A DNA stretch of 13,391 nt from a bacterium (GTDB lineage Bacteria > Zhuqueibacterota > Zhuqueibacteria > Oceanimicrobiales > Oceanimicrobiaceae). This document shows, one piece after another, positions 6,601 to 13,391 of this stretch. The stretch covers positions 1-13,391 of the forward strand of contig JBHHXN010000144.1 of the NCBI GenBank assembly GCA_046757025.1, read 5' to 3'. How positions within the stretch are numbered: position 1 is the first letter of the stretch; every line of letters begins with the position of its first letter. Made by a program: the position numbers and the translations under genes. The notes under the pieces are model-generated. The model saw only the letters and a list, made by a program, of their open reading frames with translations. It was not told where the DNA came from and did not search any database.

Positions 6601-7695
6601 GTTGCTGAATATCTGCAAACTAGCGGATTTATTGCCAATAGAAAGCGGCTTGAAACTGATGGTAAAACTCTGGCTGTCTCCGGATGCCAGGGTGATCAAC
6701 GTGCCAACGCTTTCAATTGTGAATTGATCTTTATCGACGCCGACAATCTTAGCGGCATTTAATACCAGGTCCGCGGTGCCATCATTGGATATGATAAATG
6801 TTTTAAAAACAATGGCGCCAACCATGACGTCGCCAAAGTCATAGGCTGCCGGCTGAACCAGGATATTGGGTTGCGGTTTTGGCTTACCGGCACCGTCCAG
6901 GTTTACATTAACCGTTGCTTGATCCGGATCGTTGCTGGTAATTTGAAGCACGGCGCTTTTTAAGCCGTCGGAGTCGGGATGGAATCGGACAGAAATATTT
7001 TGACTTTGCCCGGGAGCAAGAGTAAACGGAGATACGGTGGCTGCAAAGCCGAATTGATCGGAATCCATACCCACGATGCGGACGTCGCTCACTTGCAGAT
7101 CTGCGGTACCGCTATTTGAAATAACAAACGACTGCATGGCGCTGGAACCGACTTCCACCTCGCCAAAATCGTGCGAGATCGGCGTCACATCGATGGCTGG
7201 AACTCTGGCCGGCAGCACGGTAAAATGGCCGTTGGTTATTTCTGCCGGAGGGTCGCCCGTATTAAAAATAAATCCGATAAATTTTAAAATGGTGGAAGCA
7301 CCGGGTTGTCCGACCACATCAAAGATAATATTTATCAAGGTTCCGCTGCCGCTGAGTTCCGAATGACCGAATACCGACACGATCAGCTCCCCGTCCAACG
7401 TATTATCGACGATGGGCGGATCAAACGGTTCAGCCAGCGTGCCGGCTGTGGAGGCGCCGACGCCGCGCAAAACCGTTTTATCGAACACGATGACCATCTG
7501 GAATGACAAAACTTTGCCACCCGCAAGCTCCCCAACCGTAATGGGGACGCGGACGGTGGTGCCAGCCTCGCCCGCTGCCGAACCTGGCAGAGAGACTTTC
7601 ACTGGCGGACTGGACTGCAAAACTTGTGCAAAAGCATCACCACAAAATAAGAGTGAAACCAGGGCCAAAAAGAAGAAAATTCTGCAAGAATTCAT
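3619..7695 (-). CDS. Large secreted modular protein (~1358 aa): cohesin-like domain, 5x choice-of-anchor-D/ASH-type Ig repeats, 3 Ig-like repeats, propeller-like region, FlgD-Ig/T9SS type A C-terminal sorting domain
   Basis: Start reassigned to ATG 7695 because GGAGGTG lies 5 nt upstream and a signal peptide follows (MNSCRIFFFLALVSLLFCGDAFA|Q). Cohesin-like TVRVPITV...FQMVIVFDKTVL...SGSGTLINIIFDV. Five DFG/DYG...N-x-G...SNDPD repeats. The C-terminus LEQNYPNPFNPSTKIRF...NILGQLVREL...WDGRDSRG...SGIYLYQI...RRMLILK is the typical secretion C-terminal signature. Confidence 0.9.
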   Translation of the reverse strand: MNSCRIFFFLALVSLLFCGDAFAQVLQSSPPVKVSLPGSAAGEAGTTVRVPITVGELAGGKVLSFQMVIVFDKTVLRGVGASTAGTLAEPFDPPIVDNTLDGELIVSVFGHSELSGSGTLINIIFDVVGQPGASTILKFIGFIFNTGDPPAEITNGHFTVLPARVPAIDVTPISHDFGEVEVGSSAMQSFVISNSGTADLQVSDVRIVGMDSDQFGFAATVSPFTLAPGQSQNISVRFHPDSDGLKSAVLQITSNDPDQATVNVNLDGAGKPKPQPNILVQPAAYDFGDVMVGAIVFKTFIISNDGTADLVLNAAKIVGVDKDQFTIESVGTLITLASGDSQSFTISFKPLSIGNKSASLQIFSNDPDQATFGIMLTGNGVPAPAPNIAVQPADYDFGEVRQGSVASKSFVISNNGSADLLVNNVSLAGANLDQFALLSGRTSFTLMPGESEKLDIRFRPASEGVKTASLQVASNDPDTPLAEIGLTGTGLPLPQPKMVVSPSSHDYGLVVVGTLATKNFIITNSGLADLTVNSISLSGAYSDQFKIVTNSGMITLIPGESHNLIVIFQPTDLGSKKANLQIFSNDPDQAILNVTLSGEGISPLQPDITVDPANHDFGKVLIGSVETKTFVVSNDGVAALQVNVLNLSGSDASQFELLSANALFILPPGASSSFEIRFQPDAPGVKKAELEITSNDPDEQIVTVELTGFAFEELTMQTTITSPQNGELICAENSTVTGEIVIHGGIPPYSIACEVNGVPATVVGNLFSATIALVPGENQVVVNSTVGDTRGVSKTSNQSIILNRPQPLACAVTISTPQGDTTISNESIRIGGRIEVSGGQPPFSVSCQINGKSVALSQNAFSVLAPLEFGENRFTVTCSILDECGTQTVCTDSVIVFRKPKPLICEVEFLPPEPGTIIRDARIKVMGVFKVSGGVPPIQAQGKFNGTSAVAVKDTLMAIIPLTMGANTIHLEAKFTDSWGTVSTCSDTMIFKRFPQQSSQANVLYAITEDKTELVKIDFHTSNPVVSRVGPIFFKDKKKKKIKKIVAMTWDPITNCVLLLSRKSDGTIYKIKSANIRKASSTGVTATYLTRIEIEDIKSLAVNPVTGELYGVDDDEQELVKIDRASGRVKRIKRLGFKDIRGLAFSINRKPVLYGVDTKSGRLVVINTSSRTNTSAYRPHKIGFDHVESLAFAPDGKLFGFAGAGKKQLIKIDPNSGIGKSLSRLTGKEDKIVGIAFLAPERLMNGSRFLLPVYKQTQLTLPDVFTLEQNYPNPFNPSTKIRFVIPSVLQNKAKVELRIHNILGQLVRELLNESMVPGQYEVEWDGRDSRGLPAPSGIYLYQIKVQDFQATRRMLILK
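5551..7200 (-). repeat. Five tandem 330-nt (110-aa) intragenic Ig-domain repeats
   Basis: The SNDPD-encoding motif (g[a/g]tcgttgctg on +) recurs in 10-nt blocks starting at 5601, 5931, 6261, 6591 and 6921, an exact 330-nt period. Repeats begin PAIDV, PNILV, PNIAV, PKMVV, PDITV. Confidence 0.9.
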
Positions 7696-7700
7696 GGAAT

Positions 7701-7707
7701 CACCTCC
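7701..7707 (-). promoter_or_regulatory. Shine-Dalgarno site (GGAGGTG) for the large secreted protein
   Basis: + strand cacctcc at 7701-7707, 5 nt from the ATG at 7695. Confidence 0.85.
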
Positions 7708-7856
7708 AAAGAAACAAAAATGTTTGATATTCAAAAACGTCAACTATAAAAATACACAAACATTTTTGGATGACGGAATTTTTACGACCTTGCTGTTTTA
7801 TTTACCTTTCATAAAATATGACGTCTTTCGAATCTTAATTGGTATTTTTAGCTAAA

Positions 7857-8017
7857 TAGTGTTTGAACAGAGACTCGAGAAATGCGCGATTTAAGAGCCT
7901 CTTCGCGAAGGTGTCCCTTCGACAAAGCTCAGGACAAGCCCCCCACCGAGCCAGGCAGGAATTCACCATCGGCCAGGAGACCTTCGGGAAGATCGGACCA
8001 TTATCGTTCAGGCACTA
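7857..8017. mobile_element. ~160-bp MITE-like element with terminal inverted repeats, flanking direct repeat and internal palindromes
   Basis: tagtgtttgaac (7857-7868) / gttcaggcacta (8006-8017) is 10/12 inverted. The direct repeat ctaaatag occurs at 7852-7859 and 8015-8022. An internal inverted repeat at 7900-7916 / 7976-7992 is 15/17. It is a GC-rich patch in AT-rich intergenic DNA. Confidence 0.6.
7916..7939. repeat. REP-like extragenic repeat (CCTTCGACAAAGCTCAGGACAAGC)
   Basis: Resembles the widespread CTTCGAC(AA)GCTCAGGACAGGC / GCCTGTCCTGAGC..GTCGAAGG extragenic repeat type (recognised from memory, not searched). Confidence 0.6.
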
Positions 8018-8157
8018 AATAGCTACTATCAGTTGTCTGTTGGTCTTTGGTCTTTAGACTTCAGGTCACAGATTAGATTATCATCTCATATTATTCGATT
8101 TTTTCGTTGATACAAAGCGAATGGGCAATAAACAAAAACCCAGACGCAATTTATCTA

Positions 8158-10482
8158 TCAGCATTTATGCGAAGCATATTCCGGTATATTTTTGTCCAGC
8201 TCTTTTCGCACCGCGGCAGCCAGAGCGTTGAGTGAAATGGGTTTAGCCACAAATTCACCCGCGCCGATTCTCAAAGCGTTTTTCACTCGTTTGGATTTGG
8301 CATAACCAGACAAAACTATGGCCCTTTGCTTGGGTTGAATTTTTAAAATTCGTTTGTAGGTTTCGGCGCCGTCGATGCCATCCATGACCATATCCAGAAT
8401 TAACAGGTCCTGTGGATTCTCTTTCACAAATTCCACAGCCTGTTCACCACTTTGCACCGTGTGAATTCTGTAACCCAACCGTTTAAGTAGTTGTGTCGTG
8501 ACGCGGCGTTGAATCGGATCGTCATCCACAACCAATATCGACTCGTTTCCACCCGAGATATTTTCCACAGTTTTGGCAACATCCTCCTGAATCTCTCTCG
8601 AAACCGGGAAATAGAGACAAAAGGTTGTGCCGCTGCCCACCTCGCTTTCAACCGTGATGTAGCCTTTGTGATCTTCGATGATACCGTGCACGACACTCAG
8701 TCCCAAGCCCGAACCGCGCATACGATCCATGGTTTTGGTGGTAAAAAACGGATCGAATATTTTATCGAGCAGCTCGGGTTTGATTCCGTGCCCCGTGTCG
8801 GAAATGGCGAGCTTTACATATTCTCCGCGCTTTACGGTCTGATAGCCATGTAATGGCCAATCGAGATATTCATTGGAGGTTTGAATGGCGATGGTGCCGT
8901 GGTTGTGAATGGCTTCTATGGCGTTTATCAATAAATTGGTGATGGCTCGGGTTAACTGAGCAGCGCCGCCTTTGATGGTAAACAACTCTTTTTCCAGTGA
9001 TTTGTGTAGGGCTATTTTTTTTGACCAATCCATAGTGCAAACCACGTTTTGCACCAACTCATTCAGGTCGATGGCATCCATAGTGTAATGACCGCGACGA
9101 CCTAAGGCCAACAGTTGCTGGTTGATATCTGCGATCTTTCTAGCGGCAATTTCCATTTCATCCACCATTTCTACCACCGGATGTTCTTCAGGTAAATCCT
9201 CGCGGATTAACGTCGGATACGCAGCCAGAGGTCCCAGCAGATTGTTAAAGTCGTGGGCGATCTGGCCGGCAATGCGACCGGCGGCTTCCAATCGTTGTGC
9301 CCGCTCTAACTCTTCCTGAAGCCGCTTGCGCTCTGTAATGTCCCGGCAAATCACGCGGATAGTTTGTAACTTACCGCTTTCAGATTTTAACAGTGAAAAT
9401 TCCTTGCTCACCCATACGGTTCGACCGCTTTTGTGAATCAGGCGTGATTCAATGTTTTTAGGCGGTTGTCCGGTTGTTTGAATTTGGTAAAAATATTTTT
9501 CAGTTTGCGGTCGGTCGCGATGATACATCAATTGTTGAATGGGCTTGCCGATGACTTCTGCGGTGGTATAACCCAGCTCCTTTAAACCACGTTGATTAAA
9601 ATCGACAATCGTGCCTTCGGGATCTAAAATGATGTACATGTCAGGGGCGTTATCAAACAGGTCTCGAAACCGCTCCTCGCTATGACGCAGCGCTTTCTCC
9701 ACTTTTTTGCGCACATCCAGCTCCTGTTGCAGTTTTTCAGCCTGGCATTCCAGCTTGTGGTGAGCGAGTTGCAAAGCGGTATCTCTTTCCTGGATGTGAC
9801 TCAGCATTTCGTTAAATCGTTCAGTCAAATAGCCTAATTCGTCTTCGTTGAACTTTTTGGCGCGAATGGAGAAGTCTTTTTTCAAGGAAACTTTTTTTGC
9901 CATTTTCGCGAGATGCAAAATGGGTTCGGAAATAATTCGCTGAAGATTGGCTGCCATAATGAATGCCGTTAACGCAGAAAGACCCAGCACCAGGGCAATT
10001 ATGGCTGCGTAGCGTTTAAGCCGCATATAAAACTCTTCCAGGTCCGATTGGATGTAAAGCGTGCCGATTTGTTCTCCATCCAGGATGATTTCATGAAATA
10101 AATTTAATCGACGATTTTCAAAAAAAGAGCGCGGATTTTGTACAGGTGGCAGCGTCACTTTTTCGCCGATATCCTTTCGAGCATAAGAAGCGAAATGCAC
10201 GCCATCCCGCGAGTAAATACACGCAGTAGTGATATTCTCCTTCGCTACCAGGGCTGCCAGCATTTCAGTTGCTTCATCCGCACGGTCAAAGCTGATGGCG
10301 GCCGTACTGTTCGTTCCAATGATTTCAGCCAGAATGTGCAGGTCGTGAACCATGGCATCCTTAAAGGAAATGAGATCAAAAATTATGAATCCCAAACAGG
10401 CCAAAAACACCGCTACCCCGCTGATAAGCAGGATAATCAGCGTCAGTTTTTTCTGAATGGAAAAATCATGCATAAATCTCAT
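8158..10482 (-). CDS. Membrane hybrid sensor histidine kinase (CHASE8-HAMP-PAS-HisKA-HATPase_c-REC)
   Basis: TM1, a YfiN-like periplasmic CHASE8 motif (STAAISFDRADEATEMLAAL...ACIYSRDGVHFASY), TM2, HAMP (EPILHLAK...DELGYLTERFNEML), PAS (SEERFRDLFDNAPD...RDITERK), H-box AHDFNNLL, N/G1/F/G2 boxes (NAIEA, DTGHGI, FDPFFTTK, GSGLGL), and a REC domain (VVDDD, ILDMVM, VLSG, AKP). ATG 10482 is preferred to TTG 10488; it lies 2 nt after the upstream stop. Confidence 0.93.
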   Translation of the reverse strand: MRFMHDFSIQKKLTLIILLISGVAVFLACLGFIIFDLISFKDAMVHDLHILAEIIGTNSTAAISFDRADEATEMLAALVAKENITTACIYSRDGVHFASYARKDIGEKVTLPPVQNPRSFFENRRLNLFHEIILDGEQIGTLYIQSDLEEFYMRLKRYAAIIALVLGLSALTAFIMAANLQRIISEPILHLAKMAKKVSLKKDFSIRAKKFNEDELGYLTERFNEMLSHIQERDTALQLAHHKLECQAEKLQQELDVRKKVEKALRHSEERFRDLFDNAPDMYIILDPEGTIVDFNQRGLKELGYTTAEVIGKPIQQLMYHRDRPQTEKYFYQIQTTGQPPKNIESRLIHKSGRTVWVSKEFSLLKSESGKLQTIRVICRDITERKRLQEELERAQRLEAAGRIAGQIAHDFNNLLGPLAAYPTLIREDLPEEHPVVEMVDEMEIAARKIADINQQLLALGRRGHYTMDAIDLNELVQNVVCTMDWSKKIALHKSLEKELFTIKGGAAQLTRAITNLLINAIEAIHNHGTIAIQTSNEYLDWPLHGYQTVKRGEYVKLAISDTGHGIKPELLDKIFDPFFTTKTMDRMRGSGLGLSVVHGIIEDHKGYITVESEVGSGTTFCLYFPVSREIQEDVAKTVENISGGNESILVVDDDPIQRRVTTQLLKRLGYRIHTVQSGEQAVEFVKENPQDLLILDMVMDGIDGAETYKRILKIQPKQRAIVLSGYAKSKRVKNALRIGAGEFVAKPISLNALAAAVRKELDKNIPEYASHKC

Positions 10483-10484
10483 GG

Positions 10485-11048
10485 TCAATTTTTCCCTTTA
10501 TGGTTCGAGTTTTCTACAATTCGCGCTAAATTCAACAATCTGGAGCTAATTTTTAAATGCGATCTTTCCGCGGCCTCAATATTGATGGCAAATCGCACTT
10601 TGTTATTTTGATTGAACAAGCGAATAACGCCGCCATTAACTGCAAAGTCGGGAGTTTCCCCAACAGTGAGAACATTGAATTCGCGAAGAATGGCCAGATT
10701 TTTTTTCATCCTCCTTCTTTCAGATGAGCTAATAAAAAGAAGATGACAGAATTCCCAGTCCTCGATTTTATCAAAACGTTTGATGACGATCTTTTTTCCT
10801 TTCACGGTTTTACCGGCGATCATTTCATCCAGGTCTGACCCAAAGGGGTCTCGACCCAGAATGCCAATAATTAACGGTTGAGTGGTATCCTCAACCACCT
10901 CCTTTGGCCAGTCCACAAATTTGGCAAAATTGTACAAAAACGCGGCTTTAATTTGATATTCCGTAACTCGTGCCCTGCGCAGATTCTGAGCGTGAGTGGC
11001 CGAACTGAATACAAAAAACAACAAAATAATTCTAAATACTTTATCCAT
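10485..11048 (-). CDS. yfiR: YfiR/HmsC family (DUF4154) periplasmic regulator
   Basis: Signal peptide (...SSATHA|Q) and family signatures EYQIKAAFLYNFAKFVDWP, IGILGRDPFG, CHLLFIS, LTVGE...F...GG.I, VRFAINIEAAERSHLKISSRLLNLA. It sits directly upstream of a CHASE8-HAMP sensor. The symbol denotes family membership, not proven orthology. Confidence 0.9.
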   Translation of the reverse strand: MDKVFRIILLFFVFSSATHAQNLRRARVTEYQIKAAFLYNFAKFVDWPKEVVEDTTQPLIIGILGRDPFGSDLDEMIAGKTVKGKKIVIKRFDKIEDWEFCHLLFISSSERRRMKKNLAILREFNVLTVGETPDFAVNGGVIRLFNQNNKVRFAINIEAAERSHLKISSRLLNLARIVENSNHKGKN

Positions 11049-11138
11049 TCACATTGCCTGAAAAACGAGGCGAACTTAATTCTCTGCTCAAATCGGTGAA
11101 ATTTTCCAAATTCGCAAGTTTTCAATTATCTTTACAGT

Positions 11139-13322
11139 CTAAAACTGCCAGGTTATTTTACTAAACACACTGCGTTGGACTTCACTGGCTTCGGTCCCGC
11201 TTACTGCCACCCGATTCGCTATATTGAGAATCTGGCTGTTTTCCGCATGGTGTTTTTGCAGCAAATTTTGTCCAACAACGGAAAAGATCAAACTTTCATT
11301 TAGTTTCCAATTAAAGCTTAAATCGGCCGTTAAATAGCTGTCAACCTCCTGCATGGGAAGCTCATCCACAAAGCGCAGGATGATATCAAAATTTATTCTT
11401 CGGCCAACATCAAACATCGAACGAACAAAAAATTGATGTCGCGGGCTCTGGCCTTCCATGCTTTCTCGGAAGCTGTCTATGCTGTTGTTTGGCCGATGAA
11501 GCTGCATATTCAGGTAGGAATAAGCTGCCATGAGCCGCCAATGATCGCGAACCTGCCAATTCAGCGCCATTTCAAAACCGTTGGTTTCGCCTTTGAGGTT
11601 ATTTTTAATGATAACAGGCAGAACGCGGCCGATATGGTCCCGGAACACCACACCGGGTTCGTCCGAGCGCAAATTAAAATAGCGATTGTGAAAAGCCGTC
11701 AGATCCAGTGCGATATCGTCGCCGGGCTGCACACGATACCCCAGCTCAAATGCCAGCATGTTTTCCGATTGATAATTCCGGTTACCGATCAACTTAGTGA
11801 AAATCGTCAGGCTCTCAGGAATGGTGGCTTCCAGCAACAGCTCGACATCGTGTTCACCACGAGAAGGCGAGCGCACCGCATGCGACACCGCACCCCAGAG
11901 GGAATGGCGTTCTTCCGGCTTCCAGTGCAGGCGCAGACTGGGCTGCAGCTCAAGGCCCGTGAAAGCATTGTGCTCGATTTTGGTTCCGAGGAAAAGACGC
12001 AAACGATCTCTAACCAGCGAGATTTCATCCTGGATAAACGCGCTGTACAGATTGAATTGGCGGCTGTCTGGACGCAGGTGAAAGGTAAAGTTGGAATCAA
12101 ATTTATCGGCAATAAAACGCCAGCCGGCGCCCCAGATAATTTCCTGACGCTCACCCCAAAAAAATCGGTGCTGGAAGTCCACATCAAAAGTCTGGATGGT
12201 GCCGTTCACCACCGGCTCTCTCCGCTTCACCAGGTCGTAGTAAACTTGCAAGGCTAGCTCTGAAAAATTGCTGAAACTGCGTTTCCAGCGCCCCAGCACA
12301 TTGCCGCCGCTAATGCCCGAGTCAAAATCGAATTTATTCTGGTAGGGCGGCACATTTGAATCGACAATGTTAAATCGTTGACCGATTTTGCCAGAATAGA
12401 TATCTCCCTGAACCGTTAAATTTTCATTGTTCGCCACATCCCAATCGATCCGAAATCCACTCCGAAAAATATGCCAGTCATCCGAAGTTTTGATGCCAGC
12501 CTCATCGACTAAGCTATCTACTTTTTGGAATTTAGCATAAACGCGATAATAAGCGTTATTGCCAATTCCGGCTCCATAACGGAAATGCCCAAACCCCAGG
12601 CGTTCGGTGCCCAAGCCAAAGCTGAACAACCCACCCTGAGTATCCATACAACTCTTGGAAAGTATGTTGATGATGCCATTGACTGCATTGGCGCCCCAAA
12701 GGGTTGCGCCCGGTCCGCGGATGATTTCGATGCTATGGATATCATCCAATAATTGTTCCAGCGTTTCCCAGGAGACGCCTGAAAATAATGGGGTGTAAAC
12801 ACTCCGGCCATCCATAAGCACCAGCAGTTTATTGGCAAACTGCCCGCTAATGCCGCGTGACACACCGCTAAAACCGCGGGAGGTGATGGCCCAGCTGCCA
12901 GCATCGTGCTGAGCCACTTGCATTCCAGGCACCATTCGCAATGCTCCGGGTACGTCCAGGTTGCCGCTGCGCTTCATATCCTCGTTGGTGATGATGTATG
13001 CCGCCGCCGGTGAATCAAATAACGTTTCAGGCCTTTTAAAAAGAGACGTGAATTCGATTTCCATGAGTTGCTCAGGGGATAATTCGATCAAACTGACAAT
13101 CTTATCGTTGTCGTTATGCAGACTCCCAGTCCAACAACCGAATAACATTGTGGTAATGAGAAACAGTGCCATAAAATGCCCTGATTTTTGTAAATAAGAA
13201 ATCTTGATTTTTATTTTACAAAAAAAATTATTTACAATTAACTGGATGACTAAATCAGAAAAAGCAAGCACTACCTGAACGACTTTTTGACCCAAAGGCT
13301 CTGTCATCAAATTTCTCCACAT
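11139..13322 (-). CDS. TonB-dependent outer-membrane receptor (plug + beta-barrel); true start uncertain (13322, 13307 or 13172)
   Basis: Plug motifs AAAYIITNEDMKRSG...ALRMVPG...RGF...NKLLVLMDGRSVY...IHSIEIIRGPGATLWGANAVNGIINI. The barrel region is amphipathic beta-rich, with GQNLL near the end and a C-terminal beta-signal KITWQF. Confidence 0.93.
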   Translation of the reverse strand: MWRNLMTEPLGQKVVQVVLAFSDLVIQLIVNNFFCKIKIKISYLQKSGHFMALFLITTMLFGCWTGSLHNDNDKIVSLIELSPEQLMEIEFTSLFKRPETLFDSPAAAYIITNEDMKRSGNLDVPGALRMVPGMQVAQHDAGSWAITSRGFSGVSRGISGQFANKLLVLMDGRSVYTPLFSGVSWETLEQLLDDIHSIEIIRGPGATLWGANAVNGIINILSKSCMDTQGGLFSFGLGTERLGFGHFRYGAGIGNNAYYRVYAKFQKVDSLVDEAGIKTSDDWHIFRSGFRIDWDVANNENLTVQGDIYSGKIGQRFNIVDSNVPPYQNKFDFDSGISGGNVLGRWKRSFSNFSELALQVYYDLVKRREPVVNGTIQTFDVDFQHRFFWGERQEIIWGAGWRFIADKFDSNFTFHLRPDSRQFNLYSAFIQDEISLVRDRLRLFLGTKIEHNAFTGLELQPSLRLHWKPEERHSLWGAVSHAVRSPSRGEHDVELLLEATIPESLTIFTKLIGNRNYQSENMLAFELGYRVQPGDDIALDLTAFHNRYFNLRSDEPGVVFRDHIGRVLPVIIKNNLKGETNGFEMALNWQVRDHWRLMAAYSYLNMQLHRPNNSIDSFRESMEGQSPRHQFFVRSMFDVGRRINFDIILRFVDELPMQEVDSYLTADLSFNWKLNESLIFSVVGQNLLQKHHAENSQILNIANRVAVSGTEASEVQRSVFSKITWQF

Positions 13323-13391
13323 TTACCCCCCCGGCCTTATTGCCTTAGATATATAGTGAGAAAATTTTGGCTTATTTCTACTTCAGATTAA

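Noticed and set aside
5601..6937. Regularly spaced gatccggatcgttgctg-like repeats as a possible CRISPR array
   Set aside because: The 330-nt period, in-frame coding of SNDPD and degenerate third positions show they are protein domain repeats. No cas genes are present.
7696..7743. N-terminal extension of the 1374-aa ORF from TTG 7743
   Set aside because: The extension contains the GGAGGTG SD for ATG 7695, which directly precedes a clean signal peptide.
7860..8020. Riboswitch upstream of the large secreted protein
   Set aside because: I could not match c-di-GMP, cobalamin, TPP, SAM or fluoride consensus motifs by eye. The terminal IRs and flanking direct repeat favour a mobile-element origin; an Rfam scan would settle it.
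11433..12257. 274-aa + strand ORF (and the other + strand ORFs over the long genes)
   Set aside because: They lie antisense to well-supported minus-strand genes and show no domain motifs; typical shadow ORFs.
13326..13332. G7 tract upstream of the receptor as a phase-variation site
   Set aside because: Seven bases is too short to be persuasive, and there is no evidence of length variation from a single sequence.

Overview
All credible genes in this window lie on the minus strand. In transcription order (right to left) they are: a TonB-dependent receptor; a YfiR/HmsC (DUF4154)-family periplasmic protein; a CHASE8-HAMP-PAS-HisKA-HATPase-REC hybrid histidine kinase; a ~1358-aa secreted modular protein (cohesin-like domain, five 110-aa SNDPD Ig repeats, three Cys-containing Ig-like repeats, a basic propeller-like region and a FlgD-Ig/T9SS-type C-terminal sorting domain); then, behind a near-consensus sigma70 promoter, a signal-peptide-bearing atypical kinase-fold protein and a signal-peptide-bearing Shewanella-like PPP metallophosphatase; and finally the 5' end of another exported protein that runs off the left edge and is missing from the ORF track. 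The sorting domain suggests an FCB-associated Gram-negative lineage such as KSB1/Calditrichota (inference). There are three main points of interest. (1) A candidate extracytoplasmic kinase/phosphatase pair. (2) A YfiBNR-like trans-envelope relay with a TonB-dependent receptor in place of YfiB and a hybrid kinase in place of the diguanylate cyclase. (3) Nested miniature mobile elements in two intergenic regions, including a 174-bp MITE inserted exactly into the 4-nt loop of a REP-like hairpin with a TTCA duplication. All family assignments come from motif recognition by eye; no searches were run.
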